Positions 42,584 to 53,004 of a stretch of DNA of 64,000 bases are shown here, piece by piece; the stretch's first letter is position 1; every line of letters begins with the position of its first letter. The DNA is from an uncultured Phycisphaerales bacterium. GTDB taxonomy: Bacteria; Planctomycetota; Phycisphaerae; Tepidisphaerales; Tepidisphaeraceae. The notes below the pieces were generated by a model. That model did no database searches, was not told the DNA's origin, and saw nothing but the letters and a program-made list of their open reading frames with translations. Location of the stretch: NCBI GenBank assembly GCA_963758525.1, contig CAVWVQ010000003.1, forward strand, positions 352,001 through 416,000, given 5' to 3'. The position numbers and the translations under genes are program-made.

Positions 42584-42811
42584 TGTGAAATCTCCTTGTT
42601 TCCGAACCTCCGGTCGCGACAGCCACGCCATCGCACGTCTCCGAACATCTGTTTACAAAGTGGATGCCGTGGCGTACTCATCAATCCTGACGCTCAATTA
42701 GCGGGGGTAGCGGCGGGCTGTGCTGACAAGAAGAGCTTTTATCGACGACGCGATGCGGCATTTCGACGGAGTGCGGAAACGAATGGAGTCGCTTGAACCG
42801 TTCCATGGAAG

Positions 42812-44137
42812 TCACAGTTCCCACGCGAAGATGCCGGCGACGTCATCCAAGACTTTTTCCATCAGCGGCCTGCGGAGCCACTGCTCGTAAGTCATCTCGC
42901 GTGACTGCTTGCGATCGGCTTCAAATACCTTCACCTGCTTCAGGGCGAATGGTCCGTCCAGCACATTGAGGTTGGCCTCGTCGTTCAGGCGGAACGAGCG
43001 ATTGTCAAAGTTGGACGATCCGACCGAAACCCACGCATCATCGATAATCAGTTGTTTGCAATGAAACATCGTCGGGTGGAACTCGTAGATCCGTACTCCT
43101 GCCTGCAGCAACTCCCCCCACCGGGCGCGGGAAGCGCGGCGAACCACGTGCATGTCGATTTGTGCCGAGGGAACAATAATCTCGACCGAGACGCCGCGGC
43201 GGCGCGCGGCGATCAGCGATCGAATCGTCAGATCATCTGGCACGAAGTACGCGCTTTCGATGCGGACGTTTTTCCCCGCGGCCGCCAGGGAGAGCAGTAC
43301 CAGAAGTTGCATGTTTTCACTGCCCCCCTGGGATGAGCTTCTGAAGACCTGGGCGTATTCGGAGCCGACCGACGGCAGCTTCGGAAAATAACACTCTCCG
43401 TCGAGAACCTCGCCAGTCGTCTGCATCCAGTTATCGACAAACGCGGCCTGCAGACCCCCCACCACCGGCCCTTCGACCCGGTAATGATTGTCGCGCCACT
43501 GGCCGGGACGATCGCCATGTCCGCGCCACTCGTCGGCGATGCCGACGCCCCCCGTGAATCCAATCAACCCGTCCACTACGAGGATCTTTCGGTGGGTGCG
43601 ATGATTGACCTGGCCGTAGGAGGATGGGTCGAGCAGGTGCAACGGGTGATATTCAAACACTTCCACCCCAGCCCTTTTCATCGCGTCTATGTAGCGATGA
43701 TCGATCTGTGCACTCCCGTACCAATCGAGCAGAACATGCACCTTCACGCCGGCCCGCGCCCGTCGGCAAAACGCCGCGGAGAATTCATCGCCGATGGCGC
43801 CCTGCCAGTAGATGAACGTTTCGAACGTGATTGACCTCTTTGCGCCGGCTATCGCGTCCAGCATGGCGGGGAATATTTCGTCGCCGTTTTGCAGGGTCTT
43901 GCACGAGTTGCCTCCTAGCAGTGGGGGGCCCAGAAGGTTCCCCATGGTCAGGGGGAACTGCGGATCGTGAACGGTATATCTCGATTGAATCTGATAGTAA
44001 ATCGGCCGTTCGCTTGTGCATCCGCCCACGTATGCCACCGCGACAAATCCGATCGCCCAGAGCGCGGTCCCGCGCTGAGGCGCGGCAGTTTGCAATCCGC
44101 ATTTCATGAGCCGTTCCTCCTCCACCGGGCTCATCAT
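42812..44137 (-). CDS. cls: Cardiolipin synthase (phospholipase D family)
   Basis: Two HKD motifs: RTHRKILVVDG and FHCKQLIIDD..GSSNFD.RS..LN.E. Confidence 0.92.
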   Translation of the reverse strand: MMSPVEEERLMKCGLQTAAPQRGTALWAIGFVAVAYVGGCTSERPIYYQIQSRYTVHDPQFPLTMGNLLGPPLLGGNSCKTLQNGDEIFPAMLDAIAGAKRSITFETFIYWQGAIGDEFSAAFCRRARAGVKVHVLLDWYGSAQIDHRYIDAMKRAGVEVFEYHPLHLLDPSSYGQVNHRTHRKILVVDGLIGFTGGVGIADEWRGHGDRPGQWRDNHYRVEGPVVGGLQAAFVDNWMQTTGEVLDGECYFPKLPSVGSEYAQVFRSSSQGGSENMQLLVLLSLAAAGKNVRIESAYFVPDDLTIRSLIAARRRGVSVEIIVPSAQIDMHVVRRASRARWGELLQAGVRIYEFHPTMFHCKQLIIDDAWVSVGSSNFDNRSFRLNDEANLNVLDGPFALKQVKVFEADRKQSREMTYEQWLRRPLMEKVLDDVAGIFAWEL

Positions 44138-44378
44138 AGCTGCGGCGAAAAATTCGGGGAATTGCGAATCTGCAGTTGCGCACTACGCGTGCTGGACGGC
44201 AGATGCGGAATCCGCAGGCGCGGCGCATTGCGACGCCAGTCCGGAATGTTCTCGCGCGACGAATTCGACTCACCCTTCGGACCGACGCTCGACGATGGCA
44301 TAGTGAGTGCGGATGTTCTCGGACGTTGCGTCGATGCCAAGCCGGTGAACCTGTTGCACATTCGAAAATGGAGTCTGT

Positions 44379-45410
44379 ATGAAAAACTGGATGAATCTTG
44401 CTCTCGTGGCGACGTTTGTAATCACCGGCGTACTCGTGTGGGCCGGGGTGAAAGACCGCGGAGTGTCTCCGACGATGGCCGCCACAACCGCCGGTGGGTC
44501 GGAAACGGCGGTTCTTCCCACACTGAAGATTCAGGTTGAGACAGTTTCGGCGCAGCAACCGGTGCAGACTGCAGCGCCACTCAGCACGGCAACCCTGGCG
44601 CCTCCCGCAACTTCCCAGCCCGAAATCACCGCGTTGAAACCAACTGCTCATGACGCACGCCAGACCATGCCGATCGCGGCGCGCGATGGATCGGCCTCCG
44701 TTTCCTACATCGCTCAACCGGGCGATACGATTTCAAAACTGGCGGTCGACTTTTTCGGCAGCGACAGCAAGGCCAACGAGGACGCGATCCTCAACAGCAA
44801 CCCGTCGCTTCATCAGAACGCGGATCGCATCCTCGCCGGCGAGTCGTACCTGATTCCCGCCCGATTCCCCGACGCCGCGGACGCCTCCGTCTCTTCGTCA
44901 GGACCATCGCCAGCCGTGGCGACGCAGCCAGAGGCGGCCGCCAATGTCCATCAGTTGCGCTACAGCGCGCGTCCGGGCGACACCGTTTCGATCCTGGCCG
45001 GGGCTCTTTTGGGCAGCGACACCAACGAGAAGCGCGATGCCATCATCAATGCGAATCCGTCATTGAGCGCAGATCCCGATCGCGTGGTGCCCGGAAAGAC
45101 TTATCAGATCCCGGTGCAGTCCAGCCAGCCTCTGGCCGCGGCTCCGTCCACCACTCATGAGCCGGCCGCTGCCCCCACGACACAGCCTGACGCAGATCAA
45201 CTGGTGCTGGCCGGCTCGACACGGGAGCTGAGGTATACCGCCAAAGACGGCGACAATGTGTCGACGCTGGCCAAGGCGCTGCTCGGCAGCGACACGAAGG
45301 AGAATCGTGATGCCATCGTCAACAGCAACCCGTCATTGAAAGAAGACCCCGATCGCGTGCTTGCCGGCCAGACGTATTGGATCCCGGCGCCGACGGCGCT
45401 GCATCCATGA
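44379..45410 (+). CDS. Membrane-anchored protein with three LysM-like repeats
   Basis: Three copies of Y.A..GD..S.LA....GSD.....DAI...NPSL..D.DR...G..Y.IP. Confidence 0.85.
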   Translation: MKNWMNLALVATFVITGVLVWAGVKDRGVSPTMAATTAGGSETAVLPTLKIQVETVSAQQPVQTAAPLSTATLAPPATSQPEITALKPTAHDARQTMPIAARDGSASVSYIAQPGDTISKLAVDFFGSDSKANEDAILNSNPSLHQNADRILAGESYLIPARFPDAADASVSSSGPSPAVATQPEAAANVHQLRYSARPGDTVSILAGALLGSDTNEKRDAIINANPSLSADPDRVVPGKTYQIPVQSSQPLAAAPSTTHEPAAAPTTQPDADQLVLAGSTRELRYTAKDGDNVSTLAKALLGSDTKENRDAIVNSNPSLKEDPDRVLAGQTYWIPAPTALHP

Positions 45411-45448
45411 GTCCAGCCAGAGTTCGCATCTTCAAATTCTGAGTTGAT

Positions 45449-45478
45449 ACGGGGACGGATTTCATCCGTCCCCGTTTT
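45449..45478 (+). terminator. Rho-independent terminator
   Basis: ACGGGGACGGAT-TTC-ATCCGTCCCCGT followed by TTT. Confidence 0.7.
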
Positions 45479-45529
45479 CATTATGATCTCCGCCAACCAG
45501 CAGCGCGTGCCACAAGAAAAGAGCGAGGC

Positions 45530-46995
45530 ATGCCGATTCCCGAACTGAATGCCTTTTCATCTGCCGGCCAAATGCTCCACGCGATGCGCGCCGGCAGCAT
45601 CTGTGCTGTTGAGTTGCTTGAGGACCACCTGCGACGGATCGATCGGCTCGATGGGCCGCTCAACTCGATCATTGTCCGTCACACCGAACAGGCTCGTCTC
45701 GACGCGCTCCAGGCGGATGCCGCGCGAGCGCGGGGCGAGCACCTCCCGCTCCTGGGTCTTCCGGTGACCGTCAAGGAATCGATCGACGTGGCGGGCTTGC
45801 CATCGACCGCCGGAGTTGCGGCGCACGCTTCTCACCGGGCTGAGAAGGACGCGATTACCGTTGCGCGGCTGCGAGCCGCCGGCGCGGTCGTGATCGGCAA
45901 GACCAATGTCTGCCCGTATCTGGCTGATCTCATCGCGGACAATCCCGTCTACGGCCGCACCAACAATCCGTGGGATCTGACGCGCACGCCCGGCGGAAGC
46001 TCCGGCGGCTCAGGGGCGCTCGCCGCCGGCTTCACGCCGCTGGACTTGGGCAGCGATCTGGGCGGATCGATCCGCATTCCCGCCGCCTTCTGCGGGCTCT
46101 GGGGCCACAAGCCCAGCGAAGGCGCCGTTCCCAACAGCGGCCACTTTCCCGGCTCATCGTTGCCCAATGCCGGCTGGCTCATGGCGGCGCAGGGGCCGAT
46201 GGCCAGGTCGGCGTTTGATCTCGAACTGGCACTCGATGTATTAGCCGGACCGGACGTGGGAATGGACGCCGCCTGGCGCCTGGAGTTCCCCCCGCCCGGC
46301 ATGATCGCCTGGCCGACTTTCGCGTGGCGATCCTGCCGTCGCTCGACTGGCTGCCGGTGGATCACCAGATCATCTCCGCCATCGCCGCATTCGCCCATGC
46401 GCTGCGCGGTCAAGGCGTCAAGGTTGTCGAACAGTCTCCTCCCGGCCTTGGCGACCTCCATGAGTTCCATGGGTTTCATCGGTCGATGTTGTCCGCCCTG
46501 GTTTCGTCACGCTGGCCCGCCGAGCAACGTGAACGGATCATCAAGGATCGCGAGTCGCGCGGCGAGTTCTCCCACTCCGCCGACGCCGTGGGCTTTCGCG
46601 CCACCGCCGCCGATTTTCTGCAATGGCACGATCAACGCGAGCAGTACCGCGACGGCCTGCGCACTTTCTTTCGCGAATTCGACGTGCTCATTACGCCCAG
46701 CTCTCTAGTTCCCGCCTTTCACCACCCGACAATTCCCGTCTCCGACCGCCAACTCGAGATCAACGGCAAAGAAATCGGCTTTGACTATATGACCTTCTAC
46801 CCCGGCCTCGCGTCACTCCCCGGCCACGGCGCCACCGCCTTCCCGCTGGGACTCAGCGAGTCCGGCTTGCCGCTGGGGGCTCAAGCGATCGGCCCGTTCC
46901 TCGAAGATCGCACGCCGATCCGTTTCGCGCAACTTGTTGAACAGGCGTTGGGCGGCTTCACAGCGCCGCCAGAGTACGCGCAGGACGCGAGGTAG
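45530..46995 (+). CDS. Amidase signature family enzyme (frameshift near 46290)
   Basis: GLPVTVKE, GKTN, GRTNNPWD..TPGGSSGG and GSDLGGSIRIPA. Confidence 0.92.
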
Positions 46996-47205
46996 CGTAC
47001 GGTGTGCCCGATCTTTGCGGTTGCTTGTAACTTTGGGTACTGCAACTATTTCCCCCTCCCCTGGTACTCCGAGGGGAGGGCCGGGGGTGGGGGCTGGCGG
47101 GGTAGCGCGGTCCGATTAGTATCGAGTCGACTCTGCGATCAAAGAGGAGCGGTTGATCGTGCTGGTGATCGACATCGGTCACAGGCGAGAGGTCTATCGC
47201 CGGAA

Positions 47206-48249
47206 ATGGCTGTGATGACTACGTATTTCATGTCGTGCGCGAGGCGAACTTGTGTCGGAAACACGCTCGCGGTGCTGATCATTCTCGCATCGACCGTCAC
47301 CGCGCGCGCCGAAAAAACTTCCCTCGTCGCCGGCGGCGGATCGGGCGGCGACGGAAGCCAGGCGACGCAGGCGAAGCTGGATAAGCCTTTCGCCATAACG
47401 TTCGACAAAGCGGGCAACCTTTACATCGGCGAATTCGAAGGCTGCCGGGTGCTGAAGGTCGATCCGGCAGGCGCGTTTACAACACTCGCAGGAACCGGCG
47501 GAAAGGGGTTTGCCGGCGACGGCGGACCCGCCGTCAACGCGGAGTTCAACCGCATTCACGACATCGTCACCGGCGCCGATGGCAATCTCTATCTTGCCGA
47601 CAGCAGCAATCGCCGCGTGCGCGAGATCGATCTCAAGACCGGCATTGTGAGCACCTTCGCCGGCACCGGCGTCGGAAAAGCGTCGAGCGGTGACCATGGA
47701 CCGGCCGACAAGGCCTCGCTCGATGGCGTCGCCAGTCTCTTCTTCGACCCATCCGGCAAAACGCTCTTTCTTTCCGGGTTCAGCAAATCCGTCCGTGCGA
47801 TCGACATGAAGACGAGGATCATCACGACTCTCGCGGGCGTGCCCGGCGGTCGCAGCATCGCGATTGATTCCAGGAGCAATCTGTATGTTGCCAGCGGCCA
47901 AACTCTCAGCGTCCGCTCGCCCGACGGCAGAGTGCAGGTGCTGCTCGACAAGACTCACACCGGCGGCACGCCGCTTCCTCTTGGGGACAGCCCCAAGCAC
48001 CTTGCCATCGATGCCCGCGACAATGTCTGGATCTGCGACGAGCAGCACTCGCTGATTCGCGAATATCTCCCTGGCAGCGGCAAGCTCGTGACGATCGCCG
48101 GCAACGGGAAGCCGGGAAGCGCCGGGCTGGGCGGACCGCCTTCGGAATTGCAGTTGAACCGTCCCCACGGCATCTATTTCGAGGCCGCAACCGGCGTAAT
48201 GTACGTCGCCGACAGCATGAATGACCGGGTGATCAAAATTGAGCCGTAG
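47206..48249 (+). CDS. Secreted NHL-repeat beta-propeller protein
   Basis: Signal peptide ending ARA; repeated AGTG..GFAGDGGPA / GNLY.AD..N.RVR motifs. The start is uncertain. Confidence 0.85.
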   Translation: MAVMTTYFMSCARRTCVGNTLAVLIILASTVTARAEKTSLVAGGGSGGDGSQATQAKLDKPFAITFDKAGNLYIGEFEGCRVLKVDPAGAFTTLAGTGGKGFAGDGGPAVNAEFNRIHDIVTGADGNLYLADSSNRRVREIDLKTGIVSTFAGTGVGKASSGDHGPADKASLDGVASLFFDPSGKTLFLSGFSKSVRAIDMKTRIITTLAGVPGGRSIAIDSRSNLYVASGQTLSVRSPDGRVQVLLDKTHTGGTPLPLGDSPKHLAIDARDNVWICDEQHSLIREYLPGSGKLVTIAGNGKPGSAGLGGPPSELQLNRPHGIYFEAATGVMYVADSMNDRVIKIEP

Positions 48250-48339
48250 CGGTCCGAGCCCGCAGACCGCCCATCGAACTGTCGCCAAAGTGCGATGATT
48301 TCGACAAGTGCATCGTCGCGCCGGCAAAATGCCCGGACG

Positions 48340-50007
48340 ATGAACTTTCTCAAAAGGGGCGTGCTCTTCACGCTAACCGGTACAGCGATTTTCCTCTTTG
48401 GCTGCGCCGCGGCTCCGAGCCTCACGCACGACGCGGAATGCCTCCGCGAACACGTCATCACTGTTGACGGCAAAGGCAGACCGCACGACCCCGCGGTGGC
48501 GGATGGTCGCGAATACAACATGACCGAGTATCGCTGCCAGATCGCACAGATGTTCGAGGCGATGGACGCCTTCTACAAAACCCATTCCGATCGCAAAGTG
48601 CTGCTGTTCGTTCATGGCGGTTTGAATGCTCCGGCCGACTCGCTGCAAAGCGCCGACGCGGAGATGGACCATGTTATCGCCGCGGGCTACTACCCGATTT
48701 ACCTCGATTGGAATTCAGACGTGCTGAGCACCTACGGCGAGCACCTCACCAGCATCACGCAGGGACAGACGGATGAAACCTTCGGCCGGGCGCTCATGAC
48801 GCCGTTTTACCTGATCGCGGACATCCTCCGCGCGGCGGGACGTTTGCCGATCGTCCTGGTCAATCAGGCCGGAGGTGATCTTGCGGCGGCCGCGGAAGAC
48901 GTGGCGACGCTGCCGAGACGTCGGCGGTTGGCCGCAACAATGCCATCGAGTGCCGATGCAACCCTGCAACGATGGGCACGAGGCAAACATGGGCTGGCGC
49001 TGGCGAAACTGTATGCGCAGTTGCGAAGCGCCCAGATCGAAGACGACAGGAAATTGAAGGAAATCAGCGGGTGGCAGCGAAAAGAGCTGCGCATCTACAT
49101 CGGACCGGATCTGGATGTCGATCCGGGACACATGGCCAGGCTTGCCGCCACATACGCGATCACTGCGCCGACCAAGTTCGTATCCCAACCATTGATCGAT
49201 TGGGTCGGGACTCCAGCATGGCAAAACATGCTGCGGCGAACGCTCATGGCGTTTGACGGTGATCTGGGCGGCAATCCCAACGATCCGGAGGTCGATCCGA
49301 CGCTGCTGGGCCACCGCGAAAATCGCGCAAAACACGCCGATGATTTCACCTCGACGGGCGCGCTGGAGGTGTTTCGAGAGGAACTGGAGAAAGTCACCGA
49401 AAATCATCCCTCTGATCCCGCGGCGACCCAACCCGACCAGCCTCGGTATCACATCACCCTGGTCGGCCACAGCATGGGAACGATGGTGCTCAACGAATGG
49501 CTTCGCCGGGATCTGCTGGAAAGCAAGGATGAGGATTACACGAACATTGTTTACATGGCCGCCGCATGCTCCGTGCGGGATTTCGGCCGCGCGGTCGTGC
49601 CGTATCTGCTGCAGCATCAGCAGACACAATTCTATAACCTGATGCTGCATCCCCTGGCCGAACTGCGCGAGCGCCGCCGGGCGTACGATCTGGTGCCGCG
49701 GGGAAGCCTGCTGGTTTGGCTGGACAGCTTCCTCACCGACCCCCAGGCGACGCTCGATCGAACCATGGGCCGGTGGGACAACGTGATTTCGGCCACGGAG
49801 CTGATTCCACTGAGCATACGCAAGCAGGTGACGCTGAAGGCTTTTGCCCTTGCGCCCTACAACGATCCCACGCCCCCGCCCTGCGAACCCGACTACGGCC
49901 CGCAGGAGCACGGCCAATTCCGCGGCCGACCGTACTGGTGCGAGGACTTCTGGAAATGCCAGGATGCGGTGGTGCCGGGAATCGACTGCGCAGACGTGGC
50001 GAAGTAG
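48340..50007 (+). CDS. Alpha/beta-hydrolase-fold lipoprotein
   Basis: LFG^C lipobox; LLFVHGGLN, TLVGHSMG nucleophile elbow, MAAA and C-terminal HG.F. Confidence 0.75.
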   Translation: MNFLKRGVLFTLTGTAIFLFGCAAAPSLTHDAECLREHVITVDGKGRPHDPAVADGREYNMTEYRCQIAQMFEAMDAFYKTHSDRKVLLFVHGGLNAPADSLQSADAEMDHVIAAGYYPIYLDWNSDVLSTYGEHLTSITQGQTDETFGRALMTPFYLIADILRAAGRLPIVLVNQAGGDLAAAAEDVATLPRRRRLAATMPSSADATLQRWARGKHGLALAKLYAQLRSAQIEDDRKLKEISGWQRKELRIYIGPDLDVDPGHMARLAATYAITAPTKFVSQPLIDWVGTPAWQNMLRRTLMAFDGDLGGNPNDPEVDPTLLGHRENRAKHADDFTSTGALEVFREELEKVTENHPSDPAATQPDQPRYHITLVGHSMGTMVLNEWLRRDLLESKDEDYTNIVYMAAACSVRDFGRAVVPYLLQHQQTQFYNLMLHPLAELRERRRAYDLVPRGSLLVWLDSFLTDPQATLDRTMGRWDNVISATELIPLSIRKQVTLKAFALAPYNDPTPPPCEPDYGPQEHGQFRGRPYWCEDFWKCQDAVVPGIDCADVAK

Positions 50008-50130
50008 CCAGAGTAATCCTTAGATTGAGATGTGGCGTTGTAGTGCAGGCTTCCACCCTGCCTCTGAGGAGCAGGCTGGAAGCCCGCACCACAATGGGCG
50101 CCACTCCAACCTGAAAACTGCTCCAAGCCC

Positions 50131-51482
50131 TCACCCAAACGTCCGTGGCTGCCCCGTCGCTTCCAACACGCTCATCCAAAGATCGCCGTGCGGATCGACG
50201 CCGTTGCGCTGGCGAATCGCCAGGGGCATCGGCACGTGCACGAATCGACCGTGCCATTTGCCGACCACCATCTCGGTGCGGCCGGACATTGCGGCGTGCA
50301 CCGCGTTGTGCGCCAGGCGGACGCAATAGACGCTGTCGTGCGGATTGGCCGGCACGCTGCGAATCGCGTAGCTCGGGTCGATGTATTTGAGATTCAGCTC
50401 AACGCCGATCGACTTGAAATGGCTGGTCATCCGATCGCGCAGCCAGGGACCCACGTCGGTCAGCTTTTTGTTTCCCGAGGCATCGGTCCCGCCACTGGCG
50501 GCTTCCATCAAATCCTGGCCGGCGCCTTCGGCGACAACGACGACCGCGTGCCCGCGTCGTTCCAGGCGTCGCCGCAGCACGGCCAACAGTCCGTTGTCTC
50601 CCTCCAACTGAAACGGCACCTCAGGAATCAGCACGAAGTTCGCGTCGCTCATCGCCAGCGAGGCATAACATGCGATGAATCCCGAATGACGGCCCATCAA
50701 CTTCACCAGCCCGACTCCATTGGGCGCCCCCGTCGATTCCACATGGGCGGCGCGAATCGACTTGGTCGCCTCGGAGAAGGCCGTCTGAAACCCGAAACTT
50801 TGATCGATGAACATGATGTCGTTGTCGATCGTCTTGGGAATGCCGACAACGGCCATCTTGTTTCCCCGCTCGGTGATCTCTTTGACGATCCCCATTGCGC
50901 CGCGAATCGTTCCGTCCCCTCCGATGACAAACAGGACGTTGACGCCCATGCGCTCCAGGCAATCGACCACATGTGCGGGGTCCTGCTCTCCGCGCGAGGA
51001 GCCGAGAATGGTGCCGCCGTGCTCGGTGATGTCGGAGACGACCTCGGGCGAAAGGTCCAGGGTGGCCCGGCGGTAACGTGCCACAAATCCTTCGTAACCA
51101 TTGCAAAACCCATAAACGCGCTGCACGCCATACCGTCGGCAGAGTTCCATCGTGAGTCCGCGGATGACGTCATTGAGTCCGGGGCAAAGTCCGCCGCAGG
51201 TCACGATGCCCGCGCGGGTTTTGGAAGGGTCGAAATAGATTTTGCGCGCGGCCCCGCGGGCTCGAACGCCGGCAAATCCATGGCAGCCCGGCTCCGCGCG
51301 GCGACGGCCGAGAGCGTGTCGTCGAGCAGAACGCGGTCGAATTCCTCGACATAGTGCGCGGACTGCTGCCGCTGGGCGAGCAACTCCACCAGAGGGGAAT
51401 CGATGCGCGCCGTGCCGAGGGTTTTGACGATCAGATCAGCATTGTCGACCGCTGGCGGGCCGAAGGACGAAGGTGCCACCAT
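50131..51482 (-). CDS. pfkA: 6-phosphofructokinase, long PfkA type (frameshift near 51250)
   Basis: FEPAGPR, VTCGGLCPGLN, GGTILGSSRG, IGGDGT, PKTIDND, LMGRHSG and KYIDPSY.IRS. Confidence 0.92.
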
Positions 51483-51631
51483 GTTGTCGTGCGCGGGCGG
51501 GGTTGCCGGGAGTATATCCGAAGGCAGGCCGGGGGCGTCAACCGTTTGGCAAAGGCGGATGATTCGAAAACAGCTTCTGGTGGAGCTGATTCGTGATTTT
51601 CGGAATTTTTCGGATCGGAATCCGTTTTCTG

Positions 51632-51781
51632 GCGTGCGCAGCACTCTGAATCGTTTAGCCGCCTCGCTCGCGAGGCATGTCCAGCGTCGCGGATGTTCAG
51701 CTTGGCGCGAATTGTGACAAGGGCGCAACTGGACACGCCTCGCAAGCGAGGCGGCTAAACGATTTGGAGTGCTGCGCACGC
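51632..51781. repeat. Long inverted repeat (53-bp arms, about 4 mismatches) built on CGTTTAGCCGC-type REPs
   Basis: Arms at 51632-51684 and 51729-51781. Confidence 0.85.
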
Positions 51782-51848
51782 GGGCAGGAACAGAGCCGCG
51801 CGAGCTGCGCGCCGATCGGAAAGTTCCCCTGCCGAAGCGCTGTACCAA

Positions 51849-51880
51849 AGGAAAGAGCCGCGTTGCCGCGGCTCTTTCCT
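51849..51880 (-). terminator. Terminator of the RRM gene
   Basis: AGGAAAGAGCCGCG-GCAA-CGCGGCTCTTTCCT followed by TT on the - strand. Confidence 0.75.
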
Positions 51881-51902
51881 GCAAAAGTGTTGAGTTGAAG
51901 GA

Positions 51903-52244
51903 TTAGCGACCGCGGCCACCGCCGCCGCCGTATCCGCCACGGCCTCCGCCGCCGCCGCCGCCGTATCCACCACCGCCGCCGCCGCCGCTGCGGGCTTCCT
52001 TCGGCTTGGCTTCATTGACGGTCAGCGCGCGGCCGCCGTGATCCTGGCCGTTCATCGCCGAGATGGCCGCCTGGGCCTCTTTCTCGCTGCCCATCTCGAC
52101 AAAGCCAAAGCCCTTGCTCTTGCCGGTGTCGCGATCGGTGATGATCTGCGCGCTCTCGACAGTCCCATGCGAGGCGAACATTTCGCCAAGGCTCGAGCTG
52201 TCAACATCGTAACTGAGATTTCCCACGTACAATTTCTTACCCAT
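51903..52244 (-). CDS. RRM RNA-binding protein with Gly-rich tail
   Basis: RNP2 LYVGNL, RNP1 KGFGFVEM, C-terminal GGG/RGG tail and AAGGAG RBS. Confidence 0.95.
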   Translation of the reverse strand: MGKKLYVGNLSYDVDSSSLGEMFASHGTVESAQIITDRDTGKSKGFGFVEMGSEKEAQAAISAMNGQDHGGRALTVNEAKPKEARSGGGGGGGYGGGGGGGRGGYGGGGGRGR

Positions 52245-53004
52245 AAAATTCTCCTTTTGAGAATGGGCAACAGACCCGGTGTTTTACTTTCGAGGTCGAA
52301 CGAAAGAGACCGGAGTATCGGCCCAGACAGGCAGGAGAGTTGATTGGAAAAGATACAGCAGGCAGGAACAAAGCTGCAGCAGAATCTAGTTCGATCAGCG
52401 GACCAAGCCGACAGGATTGTACCAGACAAGACGGCCCGCGTCCATCGAATTGGAGAACGAAAAATTGCCTGCGATTTTGACCGATAATACGGCATCTCCC
52501 GCCTCCCAATTCACGCCGACCACGCGCGACTGGGATTCTGCGACGTCTCGGCCCGGCCGGCTTCCAGATGCACGTCGCCAAGCCGCTGGCGCGGCGGATC
52601 TGGTGACCGGGCCGGGGCCGCGCGACGGATGGGACGGGCGCAGTGATCGCCTTTCTTCCCAAGGTGGATGACCGTGTCTGCGCGCTACCCCCTCAACCGG
52701 GAATACATACCGGGAGAGGGGGTAAACGCGCCAGAGATGGTGGTGCACCGCTCTCCCGTCGCGCCATGATCGGTAGACCACCCGCCCGGTCGGGTAAACG
52801 CGCAGAGATGGTCGTGCACCGCAATTGCCCTGCATGCACCGCTTCCGCTCGTTGCTGGCGTTTTGACGGCAGCAGGAATACGCTTATGCCCGGCGACTTG
52901 GCTCTTTCGACCCGCGCCGCCGCTTGCAACTCGCTGGTGTTCCCGCTGCTTCTGTCTTTCCCGCGGGTTGCTTAAGAAGCGAAATTTCTGTTGGAGATGC
53001 GACC

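Noticed and set aside
52720..52822. CRISPR array
   Set aside because: Only two imperfect repeats, no leader and no cas genes; kept only as an unexplained direct repeat.
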